64,000 bases of DNA, from positions 4,977 to 68,976 of the forward strand of contig JBFLZJ010000023.1 in assembly GCA_040755875.1 (NCBI GenBank), given 5' to 3'. The notes beneath the pieces are model-generated. The model was not told the DNA's origin and did no database searches. It saw only the letters and a program-made list of their open reading frames with translations. This document shows positions 46,652 through 56,364 of this stretch, in pieces. Every line of letters starts with the position of its first letter. Within the stretch, counting starts at the first letter, position 1. Position numbers and translations under genes: made by a program. Source of the DNA: Pseudomonadota bacterium (GTDB lineage: Bacteria; Pseudomonadota; Gammaproteobacteria; Burkholderiales; Burkholderiaceae_D).

Positions 46652-47200
46652 TCAGTCGGGCACGCGCGGCGGCAGGCGCATGCCTTCGTGGGGCTCCATC
46701 GCGTCGATGGCGCCCGTCGGCGTGTCGAGGTCTTCGTCGAGCTCGCGCCGCCTGGCCTCGATCCGGCGCGCCAGCGCCACCAGGTCGATGCCCGATGCGC
46801 GCGCGGCCTCGAAGATCTCGCTTTCCTCGCGCGCCACGTGGTGTTCCACTTCCTCGGCGAGCACGGCGACGGTGGCCTCGAAGTGCTCGTCGCCGGGGTA
46901 CATGGTCTCGAGCTGGGCGACCAGTTCGCGCACGCCGGCGTGCTCGACCTCGGCCTCGTCCAGCATCTCGTCGTCCTCCTCGGTGCGCAGCAGCGGGTAG
47001 AAGAGTTCTTCCTCGACGATCGCGTGCAGGGTCAGTTCGTAGCAGATATCGTCGACCAGTTCGGCCATGCGTTCCTCTTCGTCCTCGATGCCGCGCAGGC
47101 GCTCGAATTCGCCGAAGAGCTGGCGGACCTTGTCGTGTTCAAGGCGCAGCAGCGCGAGCGCGTCTGCCGGCCCGTCCTGGCGTTTGCCGGATGTTGCCAT
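46652..47200 (-). CDS. Hemerythrin/HHE domain protein
   Basis: EHDKVRQLF, LHAIVEEELFYP, EVEH and HHVAREE motifs. Confidence 0.9.
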   Translation of the reverse strand: MATSGKRQDGPADALALLRLEHDKVRQLFGEFERLRGIEDEEERMAELVDDICYELTLHAIVEEELFYPLLRTEEDDEMLDEAEVEHAGVRELVAQLETMYPGDEHFEATVAVLAEEVEHHVAREESEIFEAARASGIDLVALARRIEARRRELDEDLDTPTGAIDAMEPHEGMRLPPRVPD

Positions 47201-47227
47201 GGGAGCCTCCGTTCGCTGGTGGTGGCG

Positions 47228-47641
47228 CTAGGCGGGCGCGTGTACCGCCTGCCCGCTGGGCGCGGCGCCGCCGCCGGCGCCCTGCATGAAGTCGCCGGCG
47301 TCGCGCGCGGCCTGCCAGCTGCCGTTGTTGGCGTCGCGCGCCAGGGCCGCGCCGCCGGCGCTGAGCACCTTCATCAGTTCGGTCTGCCAGGTGCGCCAGT
47401 GTTCGGCGGTCGGCTGGGTCTCGCGCATCGCCACCGCGCCCACCTGGAAAGGGTCCTGGCAAGCGGCCAGCGCGCGGCCGAGGCGGATGCTGTCGTCCAT
47501 CATCTGGCGCAGCATGCGCAGGTTCAGTTCGCCGATCTGGCCGAGGGCCTCGGTGGTGTGGCGCGACATCTGGGTGAGGAGGTCGACCTGCGCCTCGAGC
47601 TGCGCGCGCAGGGCTGGATGACTGTTGGGGAAGGCTTGCAT
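47228..47641 (-). CDS. Phasin-family protein
   Basis: Amphipathic helices (QIGELNLRMLRQMM, ACQDPFQ); GAGG RBS. Confidence 0.72.
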   Translation of the reverse strand: MQAFPNSHPALRAQLEAQVDLLTQMSRHTTEALGQIGELNLRMLRQMMDDSIRLGRALAACQDPFQVGAVAMRETQPTAEHWRTWQTELMKVLSAGGAALARDANNGSWQAARDAGDFMQGAGGGAAPSGQAVHAPA

Positions 47642-47816
47642 GGAGGTTCCTCGACATGAGCGGTGGAAGATGTCGCTCCTGACGGCGGGTAAGGTCACAC
47701 CGTCAAGAGGAGCGAAAGGGCGTCGGAGTAGACGCCCGCAAGCCGCACAAGTTCAAGGAAAATGCAGGCGCCCTTTGACTGGATCAAGGGGCGTGCACGT
47801 TAAGACAGACGCCAGC

Positions 47817-48842
47817 TCAGGCGTCGGCGACCTTCAGCACCAGCTTGCCCAGGTTCTTGCCTTCGAAAAGCATGAGCAGGGCGGACGGGAAGTTCTCGAA
47901 GCCCTCGACGACGTGTTCCTTGGCCTTGAACGTGCCTTCCTTCATCCAGCGCGCGATCGTCGCCACGCCTTCCGGGTAGCGCGCGGCATAGTCGGTGACC
48001 AGCATGCCTTCCATGCGCGCGCGGTTGACCAGCAGCGACAGGTAGTTGGCCGGGCCCTTGACCTGGCCGGTCGCGTTGTACTGCGAGATCGCGCCGCAGA
48101 TGACGATGCGCGCCTTCATGTTGATGCGGGTGAGCACGGCGTCGAGGATGTCGCCGCCGACGTTGTCGAAGTAGACGTCGACGCCCTGCGGGCAGTGTTC
48201 CTTCAGGCCCGCGTGCACGGGGCCGGCCTTGTAGTCGATGCAGGCGTCGAAGCCGAGTTCCTCGACCACGAAGCGGCACTTGTCGGCGCCGCCGGCGATG
48301 CCGACCACGCGGCAGCCCATGTTGCGCGCGACCTGGCCGACCGTCATGCCGACCGCGCCGGCCGCGCCCGACACCACCACGGTCTCGCCCGGCTTCGGCT
48401 GGCCGACGTCGAGCAGGCCGAAGTAGGCGGTCATGCCCGGCATGCCGAGCGCGTTGAGCCAGGTCGGCAGCGGGGCCATGGCCGGGTCGACCTTGGCCAG
48501 CATGGCGCCGCGGTCGTCGGCCGGGCCGGTCCACCAGCGCTGCACGCCCATCACGCCCATCACGGTGTCGCCGGCCGCGAACTTCGGCGACTTCGATTCC
48601 TCCACGATGCCAATGCCGCCGGCGCGCATCACTTCGCCGATGGCCACCGGGCGCACATAGGATTTACCCTCGTTCATCCAGCCGCGCATGGCCGGGTCGA
48701 GCGAGAGGTAGAGCAGCTTGACGCGGACTTCGCCGTCCGCGAGCTCGGCCAGCGGCGGCGCGGCGCGCTGCCAGTCGCTGTCCTTCGGCAGGCCGACGGG
48801 GCGGGCGGCGAGCAGGAATTGGTCGTTCGTGGCTGGTGTCAT
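47817..48842 (-). CDS. NADP-dependent oxidoreductase (CurA/YncB, prostaglandin reductase-like)
   Basis: SLDPAMRGWM, SGAAGAVG, YFDNVGG and GKNLGKLVL. Confidence 0.93.
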   Translation of the reverse strand: MTPATNDQFLLAARPVGLPKDSDWQRAAPPLAELADGEVRVKLLYLSLDPAMRGWMNEGKSYVRPVAIGEVMRAGGIGIVEESKSPKFAAGDTVMGVMGVQRWWTGPADDRGAMLAKVDPAMAPLPTWLNALGMPGMTAYFGLLDVGQPKPGETVVVSGAAGAVGMTVGQVARNMGCRVVGIAGGADKCRFVVEELGFDACIDYKAGPVHAGLKEHCPQGVDVYFDNVGGDILDAVLTRINMKARIVICGAISQYNATGQVKGPANYLSLLVNRARMEGMLVTDYAARYPEGVATIARWMKEGTFKAKEHVVEGFENFPSALLMLFEGKNLGKLVLKVADA

Positions 48843-48971
48843 GGGTGTCTCCGTTCAGGGTTGTTGGACTTGAACACTATACCGAAAAATGTACGGTCGT
48901 GCGTTTTCTCGCGTGGCTGTTTTTACAAGCTCATGCGACAATGTTCCACCCCCAACCACGCTCCGCCCATC

Positions 48972-49841
48972 ATGACGCACCCGGAATACATCCTGACCCT
49001 GTCCTGCCATGACCAACGCGGCATCGTGCTGCGCGTCGCGGGCTTCCTGGCCGAGCACGGCTGCAACATCATCGACTCGGCCCAGTTCGGCGATCCGGAG
49101 TCGCAATTGTTCTTCATGCGCGTGCACTTCGCCGCCGAGGATGCGGGCGTGAACGACGCCGACCTGCGCGGCGCCTTCGCCGCCTTGTGCGAGCAGGGCG
49201 GCATGCGCGGCCAGCTGCACGACGCCCACGCCAAGCCGCGCGTGCTGATCATGGTGTCGAAGATCGGTCACTGCCTGAACGACCTGCTGTTCCGCTACAA
49301 GAGCGGGCTGCTGCCGGTCGAGATTCCGGCGATCGTCTCGAACCACATGGACTTCTACCAGCTCGCGGCAAGTTACAATATCCCGTTTCACCACCTGCCG
49401 CTGGCGACCGGCGCCAGCGAGGAAGCCAAGCTGGCGCAGGAAGCGCGCGTCATCGAGCTGCTCGACATGCACAGGATCGACCTGGTGGTGCTGGCGCGCT
49501 ACATGCAGATCCTGTCGCCGGGGCTGTGCGAGGCCTTGAAGGGCAGGGCGATCAACATCCACCATTCCTTCCTGCCGAGCTTCAAGGGCGCGCGTCCCTA
49601 CGCCCAGGCGCACCGGCGCGGCGTCAAGCTGATCGGCGCGACGGCCCACTTCGTCACGGGCGACCTCGACGAGGGCCCGATCATCGAGCAGGACGTCGAG
49701 CGGGTGGACCATGCGATGACGGTCGAGGAACTCACGGCCATCGGCCGCGACGTCGAGTGCGTGGTGCTGGCGCGGGCGGTGAAATGGTTCGTGGAACACC
49801 GGGTTCTGCAAAACGGCGATCGTACGGTCGTTTTTAAATAA
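48972..49841 (+). CDS. purU: Formyltetrahydrofolate deformylase
   Basis: ACT domain, SKIGHCLNDL, LARYMQILS, INIHHSFLPSFKGA and LDEGPIIEQ. Confidence 0.96.
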   Translation: MTHPEYILTLSCHDQRGIVLRVAGFLAEHGCNIIDSAQFGDPESQLFFMRVHFAAEDAGVNDADLRGAFAALCEQGGMRGQLHDAHAKPRVLIMVSKIGHCLNDLLFRYKSGLLPVEIPAIVSNHMDFYQLAASYNIPFHHLPLATGASEEAKLAQEARVIELLDMHRIDLVVLARYMQILSPGLCEALKGRAINIHHSFLPSFKGARPYAQAHRRGVKLIGATAHFVTGDLDEGPIIEQDVERVDHAMTVEELTAIGRDVECVVLARAVKWFVEHRVLQNGDRTVVFK

Positions 49842-49859
49842 TAGAGAAACAGAGTATCA

Positions 49860-50402
49860 ATGGCGCTGAAAGCAACCATCTACAAGGCAGAGCTGCAGAT
49901 TGCGGACATGGACCGCAACTACTACGCGGAGCACGGGCTCACCATCGCCCGCCACCCTTCCGAAACCGACGAGCGCGTGATGATCCGCGTGCTCGCCTTC
50001 GCCTTGCACGCGTCCGACTCGCTGGCCTTCACCAAGGGCCTGTTCGACACCGACGAACCCGACCTGTGGCAGAAGGACCTGACCGGCGCGATCGATACCT
50101 GGATCGAGGTCGGCCAGCCCGACGAGAAGCGCCTCATGAAGGCCTGCGGCCGCGCCGAGCACGTCGTCGTCTACAGCTACAGCGCCACCAGCCACATCTG
50201 GTGGAAGGGCATCGCCAACAAGGTCGAGCGCGCCCGCAACCTCAGCGTGATCAACATCCCGTTCGAAGCCAGCGCCCAGCTCGAAAAGCTGGCCAAGCGT
50301 TCGATGCAACTGCAGTGCACGATCCAGGACGGACAGGTGTGGCTGACCGACAGCGTCGACACCGTGCTGATCGAGCGCGAGACGCTCAAGGCCGGGGCCT
50401 GA
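49860..50402 (+). CDS. yaeQ: YaeQ family protein
   Basis: MALKATIYKA..., ARHPSETDERVMIR and WIEVGQPD. Confidence 0.93.
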   Translation: MALKATIYKAELQIADMDRNYYAEHGLTIARHPSETDERVMIRVLAFALHASDSLAFTKGLFDTDEPDLWQKDLTGAIDTWIEVGQPDEKRLMKACGRAEHVVVYSYSATSHIWWKGIANKVERARNLSVINIPFEASAQLEKLAKRSMQLQCTIQDGQVWLTDSVDTVLIERETLKAGA

Positions 50403-50432
50403 GGCTATAATCGTCCGTCTCTTCCAACCACT

Positions 50433-50933
50433 TTGTCGACCATGACCCGCACACTGCTCTCCCTGCTGGCCGCCGGCCTGTTCTCCACCAGCGCGCTGGC
50501 GCAAACGAGCGCGCAACTGAGCGTCACCGAACCCTGGGTGCGCGCCACGGTGCCGCACGCGAAGAGCGCGGGCGCCTTCATGCGGCTGCAATCGGCCACC
50601 AACGCGCGCCTGGTAAGCGTGAGCACCCCGGTGGCGGGACGCGCCGAGATCCACGAGATGGCGATGGAAAACAACACGATGCGCATGCGCGCCGTGGACG
50701 GCGTCGACCTGCCGGCCGGGAAGCCGGTGAACCTCGCGTCGGGCGGCTACCACCTGATGTTCTTCGACCTGAAGCGCCAGCTGAAGGAAGGCGAGACCGT
50801 CCCGGTCACGCTGGTGGTGCAGGACGCCGCGAAGAAGCGCAGCAGCGTCACGGTCGAGGCCCAGGTCAAGCCGCTGACCTATGTGGCGCCGGCGATGCAG
50901 GGGCACGGGCATGGGCAGCATCAGGGACATTAA
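50433..50933 (+). CDS. Periplasmic copper chaperone PCu(A)C
   Basis: PWVRAT, EIHEM...MRM and GGYHLM; His-rich tail. Confidence 0.92.
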   Translation: MSTMTRTLLSLLAAGLFSTSALAQTSAQLSVTEPWVRATVPHAKSAGAFMRLQSATNARLVSVSTPVAGRAEIHEMAMENNTMRMRAVDGVDLPAGKPVNLASGGYHLMFFDLKRQLKEGETVPVTLVVQDAAKKRSSVTVEAQVKPLTYVAPAMQGHGHGQHQGH

Positions 50934-50970
50934 GCTCTCCGCTGCACCGAACCCCTGAGGCGGCTTGGAC

Positions 50971-51171
50971 CGTAGGGTGGGCACGCCGTGCCCACGCGGA
51001 TGCATGCGCCGTGTTGGCAATTCACATACCGCTGAAAGCCGCGTCATGGCGGTGCCTCTCAAAGCATCCAGTCGACGCCGGCATTCCCGTTTCGCGCCTC
51101 GGGGCGAATCATCGCCGCCGCAAACGCCGGATGAACACGTAACGCGTGGGCACGGCGTGCCCACCCTACGG
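50971..51171. repeat. GTAG-family REP doublet
   Basis: cgtagggtgggcacgccgtgcccacgcg (50971-50998) and its inverted copy at about 51143-51171. Confidence 0.88.
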
Positions 51172-51177
51172 CCGCTC

Positions 51178-51957
51178 TCAGCGCGGCGCGGCGCCGATGC
51201 GCTTCACCTCGCCCGAGCCCACCATCGACTTGCTCACCTGGGGATCGCCGTAGTAATGCACGTCGCCCGATCCGGCGCTCGACACGCTCAGCCGCTCGCG
51301 CGGCCAGACGGTCGCGTCGCCCGATCCCGCCAGGGAGACGCTGGCGCTGCTTGCCTGCACCCGGCCCAGGTCGACGTCGCCCGATCCGCCGATCGAGACC
51401 GACACCTTGCCCGCCGTGCCGCCCGCGACCTGCACGTCGCCGCTGCCGCCCAGCGATACCGAGACCGTCTCGGCTTCGACGCCTTTCAGGTTGATCCGGC
51501 CCGAGCCGCCCAGGTCGAGATCGAGGCGGCGTGCGCGCAGCGGGTCGGCCTCGATGCTGCCCGAGCCGCCCAGCGACAGGCGTTCGATCGCGCGCGCCTG
51601 GACCACGACGCGGATCGCTTTCGACTGCAGGTTCAGGTTGCGCCGCACCGGACGGATCCTCAGCGTGCCGCCGTCGACCACGGTTTCCACCAGCGGCAGG
51701 ACGTTGTCGTCGGCCTCGATGGTCACGCCTTCGGTGTCGCCGATGCGCAGCTCGACCCGGCCCGGCACCGCCAGCGACAGCCCGCTGAAGCCGGACACCT
51801 GGCGCGCCTGCTTGACGATGCGGCCGCTGCCCTGCACCTGCTCGCTGCCCCAGGACCAGGGCGCGGCGCCGGCCTGGACGGCGACCGCCAGGCTGCCGGC
51901 GATGCAGGCGGCCAGCAGGGTGCGGCGGGCGATGGAAGAGAGAGCGGATGTGTTCAT
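51178..51957 (-). CDS. DUF2807 / head GIN-domain beta-helix protein
   Basis: Signal peptide; repeated (L/I)GGSG.(I/V) units; SGDVHYYGDPQV. Confidence 0.88.
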   Translation of the reverse strand: MNTSALSSIARRTLLAACIAGSLAVAVQAGAAPWSWGSEQVQGSGRIVKQARQVSGFSGLSLAVPGRVELRIGDTEGVTIEADDNVLPLVETVVDGGTLRIRPVRRNLNLQSKAIRVVVQARAIERLSLGGSGSIEADPLRARRLDLDLGGSGRINLKGVEAETVSVSLGGSGDVQVAGGTAGKVSVSIGGSGDVDLGRVQASSASVSLAGSGDATVWPRERLSVSSAGSGDVHYYGDPQVSKSMVGSGEVKRIGAAPR

Positions 51958-52194
51958 GATGTTGTCCTCACGGTTATCGATGCTCACAATGTAAGACCGT
52001 GCACCGGCGGGCGCATCCGTTTTGCGACGAACTGCAGGGAAACGGGACTGGAATGCCGCTGGACGGGAGCGGCGCCGGTGCTGGGATCGCGCCAGGGGGA
52101 GCGAGGAGGAGGAGGCGCCGGTCCGCCGGCCGGCTGCTGCCGGCTTGCGGGGCGGCGCCGCGTCGGGCCGGACAGCCCGCGCGGTGGGCAACGC

Positions 52195-53307
52195 TCAGAC
52201 TTCGCTGCTCTTGATGTGGGCCAGCGGCTGCAGGATGCCGGCGTCGAGTTCCTCGAACGCGACCCCATCGACGGCGCGGCGCGGCCAGTCGCGGTTGGCC
52301 AGGGCCGACTTGCCGAGCGCGACGATATCGGCCCCGCCCCCGGCCAGGACCGCGTCGGCCGCTTCAGGCGTGCCCAGCTGGCCGTTCGCGATGACAGGCA
52401 GCTTGCCGAAACGCTTGGCGTAGCCGGCCAGGGTGTCGCCGTCGCTGTTCGCCTCGCCGAAGGCGCTCGCCCGGGCGTCGAACTCGGTGGTGTGGATGTA
52501 GTCGGCGCCGGCGGCCGCCACGCGCGAGAAGACGATCTCGGCATCCTGCTGGCCGTTCGCCCACTTGTGATGGTAGTCGTTGACCTTCCCCTGCGAGATG
52601 CGGATGCCGACCAGGAAATCGGGACCCACCGCCGCGCGCACGGCTTCGATGACCTCGACCAGCAGGCGCACCCGGTTCCCGGTCGAGCCGCCGTAGCGGT
52701 CCGTGCGCGCATTGGCGTAGTCGGTGAGGAACTGGTCGAGCAGGTAGCCGTTGGCGCCATGCACCTCCACGCCGTCGAAGCCAGCCTGTTTGGCGCGTAG
52801 CGCGGCGGCGGCAAAGGACGCGATCACGCCGGCGATCTCCTGTTCCGTGATTTCGCGCGGCATCGGATACGGACCCTGCCCACGGTAGAAGCCCAGTTGT
52901 TCGCCTTTCGGCTGGACGGCCGAGGGCGCGACCGTTTCGCGCGTCCGGTGGTTTCCCTGGCTTAGGGCGCCGGCATGCATCAGCTGCATGACGATCTTCG
53001 CGCCGGCGCCATGGACCGCCTCGGCCACCGCTTGCCACGATTGCGCCTGGGCGTCGTCGCCGATGCCGGGCTGGTAGAGATAGCCCTGGCTGTGGGCCAG
53101 GTCCGGATACACGCCTTCGGTAATGACGAGCCCGAAGCCGCCCGCGGCGAATCTCCGGTAATAGCGAATCATGTTGTCGGTAACCTGCCCGTCCTCGGTC
53201 GCGCTGACGCGTGTCATCGGCGCGACGGCGATGCGATTCCGGAGCGTCAGCCTGCCGAGTTGAACCGGGGTGGACCATCGGTGTTGTGATGCCATTGCGT
53301 TCTCCAT
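52195..53307 (-). CDS. NADH:flavin oxidoreductase (old yellow enzyme family)
   Basis: NRIAVAPMTR, QLMHAG and GFDGVEVHGANGYLLDQF; start may be 53295. Confidence 0.93.
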   Translation of the reverse strand: MENAMASQHRWSTPVQLGRLTLRNRIAVAPMTRVSATEDGQVTDNMIRYYRRFAAGGFGLVITEGVYPDLAHSQGYLYQPGIGDDAQAQSWQAVAEAVHGAGAKIVMQLMHAGALSQGNHRTRETVAPSAVQPKGEQLGFYRGQGPYPMPREITEQEIAGVIASFAAAALRAKQAGFDGVEVHGANGYLLDQFLTDYANARTDRYGGSTGNRVRLLVEVIEAVRAAVGPDFLVGIRISQGKVNDYHHKWANGQQDAEIVFSRVAAAGADYIHTTEFDARASAFGEANSDGDTLAGYAKRFGKLPVIANGQLGTPEAADAVLAGGGADIVALGKSALANRDWPRRAVDGVAFEELDAGILQPLAHIKSSEV

Positions 53308-53597
53308 GAATGATGTGCTTGCGTCCTGACGCATGCGATGCTTTGCCCGGCGTATGTGTTCTTTCGAATCAATGTCCCGGGCAACTCTTGGGAAAGCAGT
53401 GTAGAACCCGCGCCAGCCTGGGCCCTGCACGTTTCGCCTGGGCAGGAAGAGGGTGAGCGCCGCACCGGAATGGTGCGCGGAAGCGACATCCAAGGGGATT
53501 TCGGGCCCGTATCTTCCCTGTTGCGGTGCACGCGTCTCCCACTTCCACTACAATCTTGCCCTTTTTGTCTCCGGCCCTGCCGGAAAGGAAGTGGATC

Positions 53598-54071
53598 ATG
53601 AACCTGGCCCTGTTCACCCTGGCCTTTTGTGTAGGCATCTTTATTTCGGTGCAGGCGGCCGTCAACAGCCAGCTCGCCGGCGCCCTGCATGCCAATTCGG
53701 TGGTGGCGGCCCTGATTTCGTTCAGCGTCGGCACGGTCGTGTTGGGTATTGCCGCGTTCGCGCGCGGCGGCGTCGGCGAAGCGGTCGGCGCCCTGGCCCA
53801 GCAACCGCTGTGGAAGCTCAGCGGCGGCGTGCTCGGCGCGGCCTTTGTCTTCGGCACCGTGTTCCTGGCGCCGCGCATCGGCCTGCTCAACCTGGTCGTG
53901 CTGGTGATCGCCGGTCAGTTGATGATGTCGATGGCCATCGATAACTTCGGCCTGGTGAATATGGCGGTGCGCAAGGTGTCGGCCATCCGCATGGCCGGCG
54001 CCCTGGTGGTGGTCGCGGGCGTGGCCCTGACCTTGTTCGGCGACCGGATCGTGGCGGCGCTTGGTCGCTAG
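53598..54071 (+). CDS. DMT family transporter (YdcZ/DUF606-like)
   Basis: VQAAVNSQL, GGVLGA, APRIG and AGQL...IDNFG. Confidence 0.9.
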   Translation: MNLALFTLAFCVGIFISVQAAVNSQLAGALHANSVVAALISFSVGTVVLGIAAFARGGVGEAVGALAQQPLWKLSGGVLGAAFVFGTVFLAPRIGLLNLVVLVIAGQLMMSMAIDNFGLVNMAVRKVSAIRMAGALVVVAGVALTLFGDRIVAALGR

Positions 54072-54178
54072 CAGCGCCAAATAATTTCTCACCAGCAGAT
54101 GCAATTTCTGGCGAGCATGGTTTTATAATGGTCGACATTGTCTGAACGACACTTCGATTGATCAAAGAGCCACGCCAG

Positions 54179-55300
54179 ATGGAATACCACCAGTCCTCGC
54201 AAATCCCCACGCTGTCGTATATCGAGAACGAAGACCATCCGGTCTTCGGCACGCTGGTCGAGCAGATCCTGCATCTGCTCAATTCCCGCCTGGTGTTCTC
54301 GGACATCATCATCCACCAGAACAGCCCGCTGATGCTGCGCCAGCCGAAGGGGCTGGTGGCGGTGACGGATTCGCCGATCACCAAGGAGGAGCTGGAGGAA
54401 TTCTTCGACGTCATCGAGCCGAACTGGGCCGAGCGCATCGCCGACCGCGCTTTCGATCGCTCGATCGACCTGCACACGGCGCGCATCCGCGCCAACTGCT
54501 TCAGCTTCCAGGGCAAGAAGCGCCTGGGCTGCGTGATCCGCCGCTTCCCCAAGGAGCCGCTGCCGCTCGCCGAACTCGGCCTGTCGAGCGACGCCCAGGA
54601 ATTCGCCCGCCTCGGCAGTGGCCTGGTGCTGATCATCGGCGACACCTGCCAGGGCAAGTCGACCACCATCGCCTCGATGATCGACGAGATCAACAAGCGC
54701 CGCTCGGGCCACATCATCACCATCGAAGACCCGGTCGAGACCCTGATCCCCCAGCGCAAGTGCATCATCACCCAGCGCGAAGTGGGCAAGGACGGCGACG
54801 TCGAGAGCTATTACCTGGGCGCGCTGGACGCCCTGCGCGAGCGGCCGGACGTGATCGTGATCGGCGAGATCCGCGACGCCCAGACCGCCCAGGAAGCCCT
54901 GGCCCTGGCCGAATCGGGCCCGCTGGTGCTGGCTTCGCTGCACGCGCGCTCGACGGAGATGGGCCTGCAGAAGATGCAGCGCCTGCTGGGCAACACCGAG
55001 TCCCAGGCCCAGGCCCTGGCGCACGCCCTGCGCGGCGTGCTGTGCCAGGCGCTGCTGCCTTCGCTCGACGCCAACCGCTACCACCTCGCCACCGAATGCC
55101 TGACGGTGAGCCCCGCTGTCGCGCGCCTGATCGAAGCGGGCGACCTGGGCGCGCTGCGCACCCACATGAACAGCGGCCGCGATCCGGGCTGCCACACCAT
55201 GAACGCCTCGCTCGAGCAGCTCCTGGCCGGCCACAAGGTCAGCGTCGAGGACGCGCGCAACGCCACGACCGACCGGGTAGGATTCGCCGAGCTGGTTTGA
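54179..55300 (+). CDS. PilT/PilU-like secretion-family ATPase, divergent
   Basis: Walker A GDTCQGKST, TIEDPVE, Walker B DVIVIGEIRD, and His-box variant SGPLVLASLH. Confidence 0.85.
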   Translation: MEYHQSSQIPTLSYIENEDHPVFGTLVEQILHLLNSRLVFSDIIIHQNSPLMLRQPKGLVAVTDSPITKEELEEFFDVIEPNWAERIADRAFDRSIDLHTARIRANCFSFQGKKRLGCVIRRFPKEPLPLAELGLSSDAQEFARLGSGLVLIIGDTCQGKSTTIASMIDEINKRRSGHIITIEDPVETLIPQRKCIITQREVGKDGDVESYYLGALDALRERPDVIVIGEIRDAQTAQEALALAESGPLVLASLHARSTEMGLQKMQRLLGNTESQAQALAHALRGVLCQALLPSLDANRYHLATECLTVSPAVARLIEAGDLGALRTHMNSGRDPGCHTMNASLEQLLAGHKVSVEDARNATTDRVGFAELV

Positions 55301-55348
55301 CGGCTTCCCGAGGCGCCTGCCGGCTCGCCCGGCGGCGCGGCCGCCCGG

Positions 55349-55435
55349 ATGCGCCGCGGCCATCTGCGCCGGCTACCGGTCCGCAGCGCGGACGCATCGG
55401 GAACTGTTTGATGATCCTGAAGGTCCGTCACCGAC
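55349..55435. repeat. Degenerate direct repeat, copy 1 (copy 2 at 56272-56355)
   Basis: atgcgccgcggccatctgcgccggc vs atgcgctgcggccgtccgcgtctgc; exact aggtccgtcaccgac at 55421-55435 and 56341-56355. Confidence 0.7.
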
Positions 55436-55471
55436 CCCATAGCAGAATTGGAATCACGTCCACACGGACCT

Positions 55472-55921
55472 TCAGCTCCTTGCGCGAGGCTTCAGGCGGA
55501 AGCTGACGCCAAGCCGGTTGATGGCGTTCATGGCGGCGATGGTCAAGGTCAAGTCCACCAGGTCTTTTTCGCCAAATGCGGCCAACGCGGCTGCGTAGGC
55601 GCCATCAGATGCGTGCGTTTCGCTTACGCGGGTGACTTCCTCCGACCATGCCAGCGCGGCCCGCTCTTGCTCGGTGAAAAGATGCCCGGCTTCGTGCCAG
55701 ACCGGCACCAGCACAGCCTTGTCGACCGATACCCCGTCCTTGATGAGGTCGCGGGTGTGAATGTCGATGCAATGCGCGCATCCGTTGATCTGCGATACAC
55801 GCAGGAAGACAAGATGGATGAGCGTACTGGGAAGGTCCGTGTCGTTCACGACATAGTGATGCAGGACGCCGATTGCCTTTGCGCCCTCGGGCGAGACGGC
55901 GAACCAATTCGCGCGGTTCAT
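55472..55921 (-). CDS. Carboxymuconolactone decarboxylase / AhpD-like protein
   Basis: LRVSQINGCAHCIDIHT and AAMNAINR; AAAGGA RBS; atypical codon usage. Confidence 0.92.
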   Translation of the reverse strand: MNRANWFAVSPEGAKAIGVLHHYVVNDTDLPSTLIHLVFLRVSQINGCAHCIDIHTRDLIKDGVSVDKAVLVPVWHEAGHLFTEQERAALAWSEEVTRVSETHASDGAYAAALAAFGEKDLVDLTLTIAAMNAINRLGVSFRLKPRARS

Positions 55922-55982
55922 GATGTTCTATCCTTTCGAGATATGGTCTTCGACAGGCAGGAATTTGCCCTATCCCATCCAA

Positions 55983-56009
55983 GACGGACGACACCAGCGC
56001 GTTGTGACA
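55983..56009 (-). promoter_or_regulatory. ECF41-type sigma promoter TGTCACA-N16-CGTC
   Basis: Minus strand TGTCACA-acgcgctggtgtcgtc-CGTC, 61 nt upstream of the CMD gene start. Confidence 0.8.
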
Positions 56010-56237
56010 GATCACGAGAAAAACGTTGTTGAACCGCCTGTTTCGGCCAGGTAGCGCCCCTGACGGCCGAGGTGAATCGCCAAGCGGGCAGGCATTATCA
56101 ACGTCACGCCGTGAGAGCCCGCTCTTGGCCGATATCGGGCGTAAAAAGGCTTGTGTGCGGGCCTTGTTGTGCTTATGAAAGATGGGTGGTTCGTAGAGCG
56201 CTCTCAGTCCAGCGGCATAGGGGTCGAGGCCCTCGCC

Positions 56238-56355
56238 GCGCTGCGCGAGCACATGAACAGCGGCCGCTCGCATGCGCTGCGGCCGTCCGCGTCTGCCCGG
56301 GCCGGGACGGACCCCTCAGCAACCAGTTGAAGATTGCTGGAGGTCCGTCACCGAC
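56238..56355 (+). pseudogene. Relic copy of the pilT-like gene 3' end plus downstream sequence
   Basis: gcgctgcgcgagcacatgaacagcggccgc (56238-56267) matches 55151-55180 at 27 of 30 nt (ALREHMNSGR vs ALRTHMNSGR). Confidence 0.62.
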
Positions 56356-56364
56356 ACGCAGCGG

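Noticed and set aside
53308-53597. Possible regulator remnant or ncRNA between the flavin oxidoreductase and DMT genes
   Set aside because: No convincing ORF, motif or terminator could be supported.
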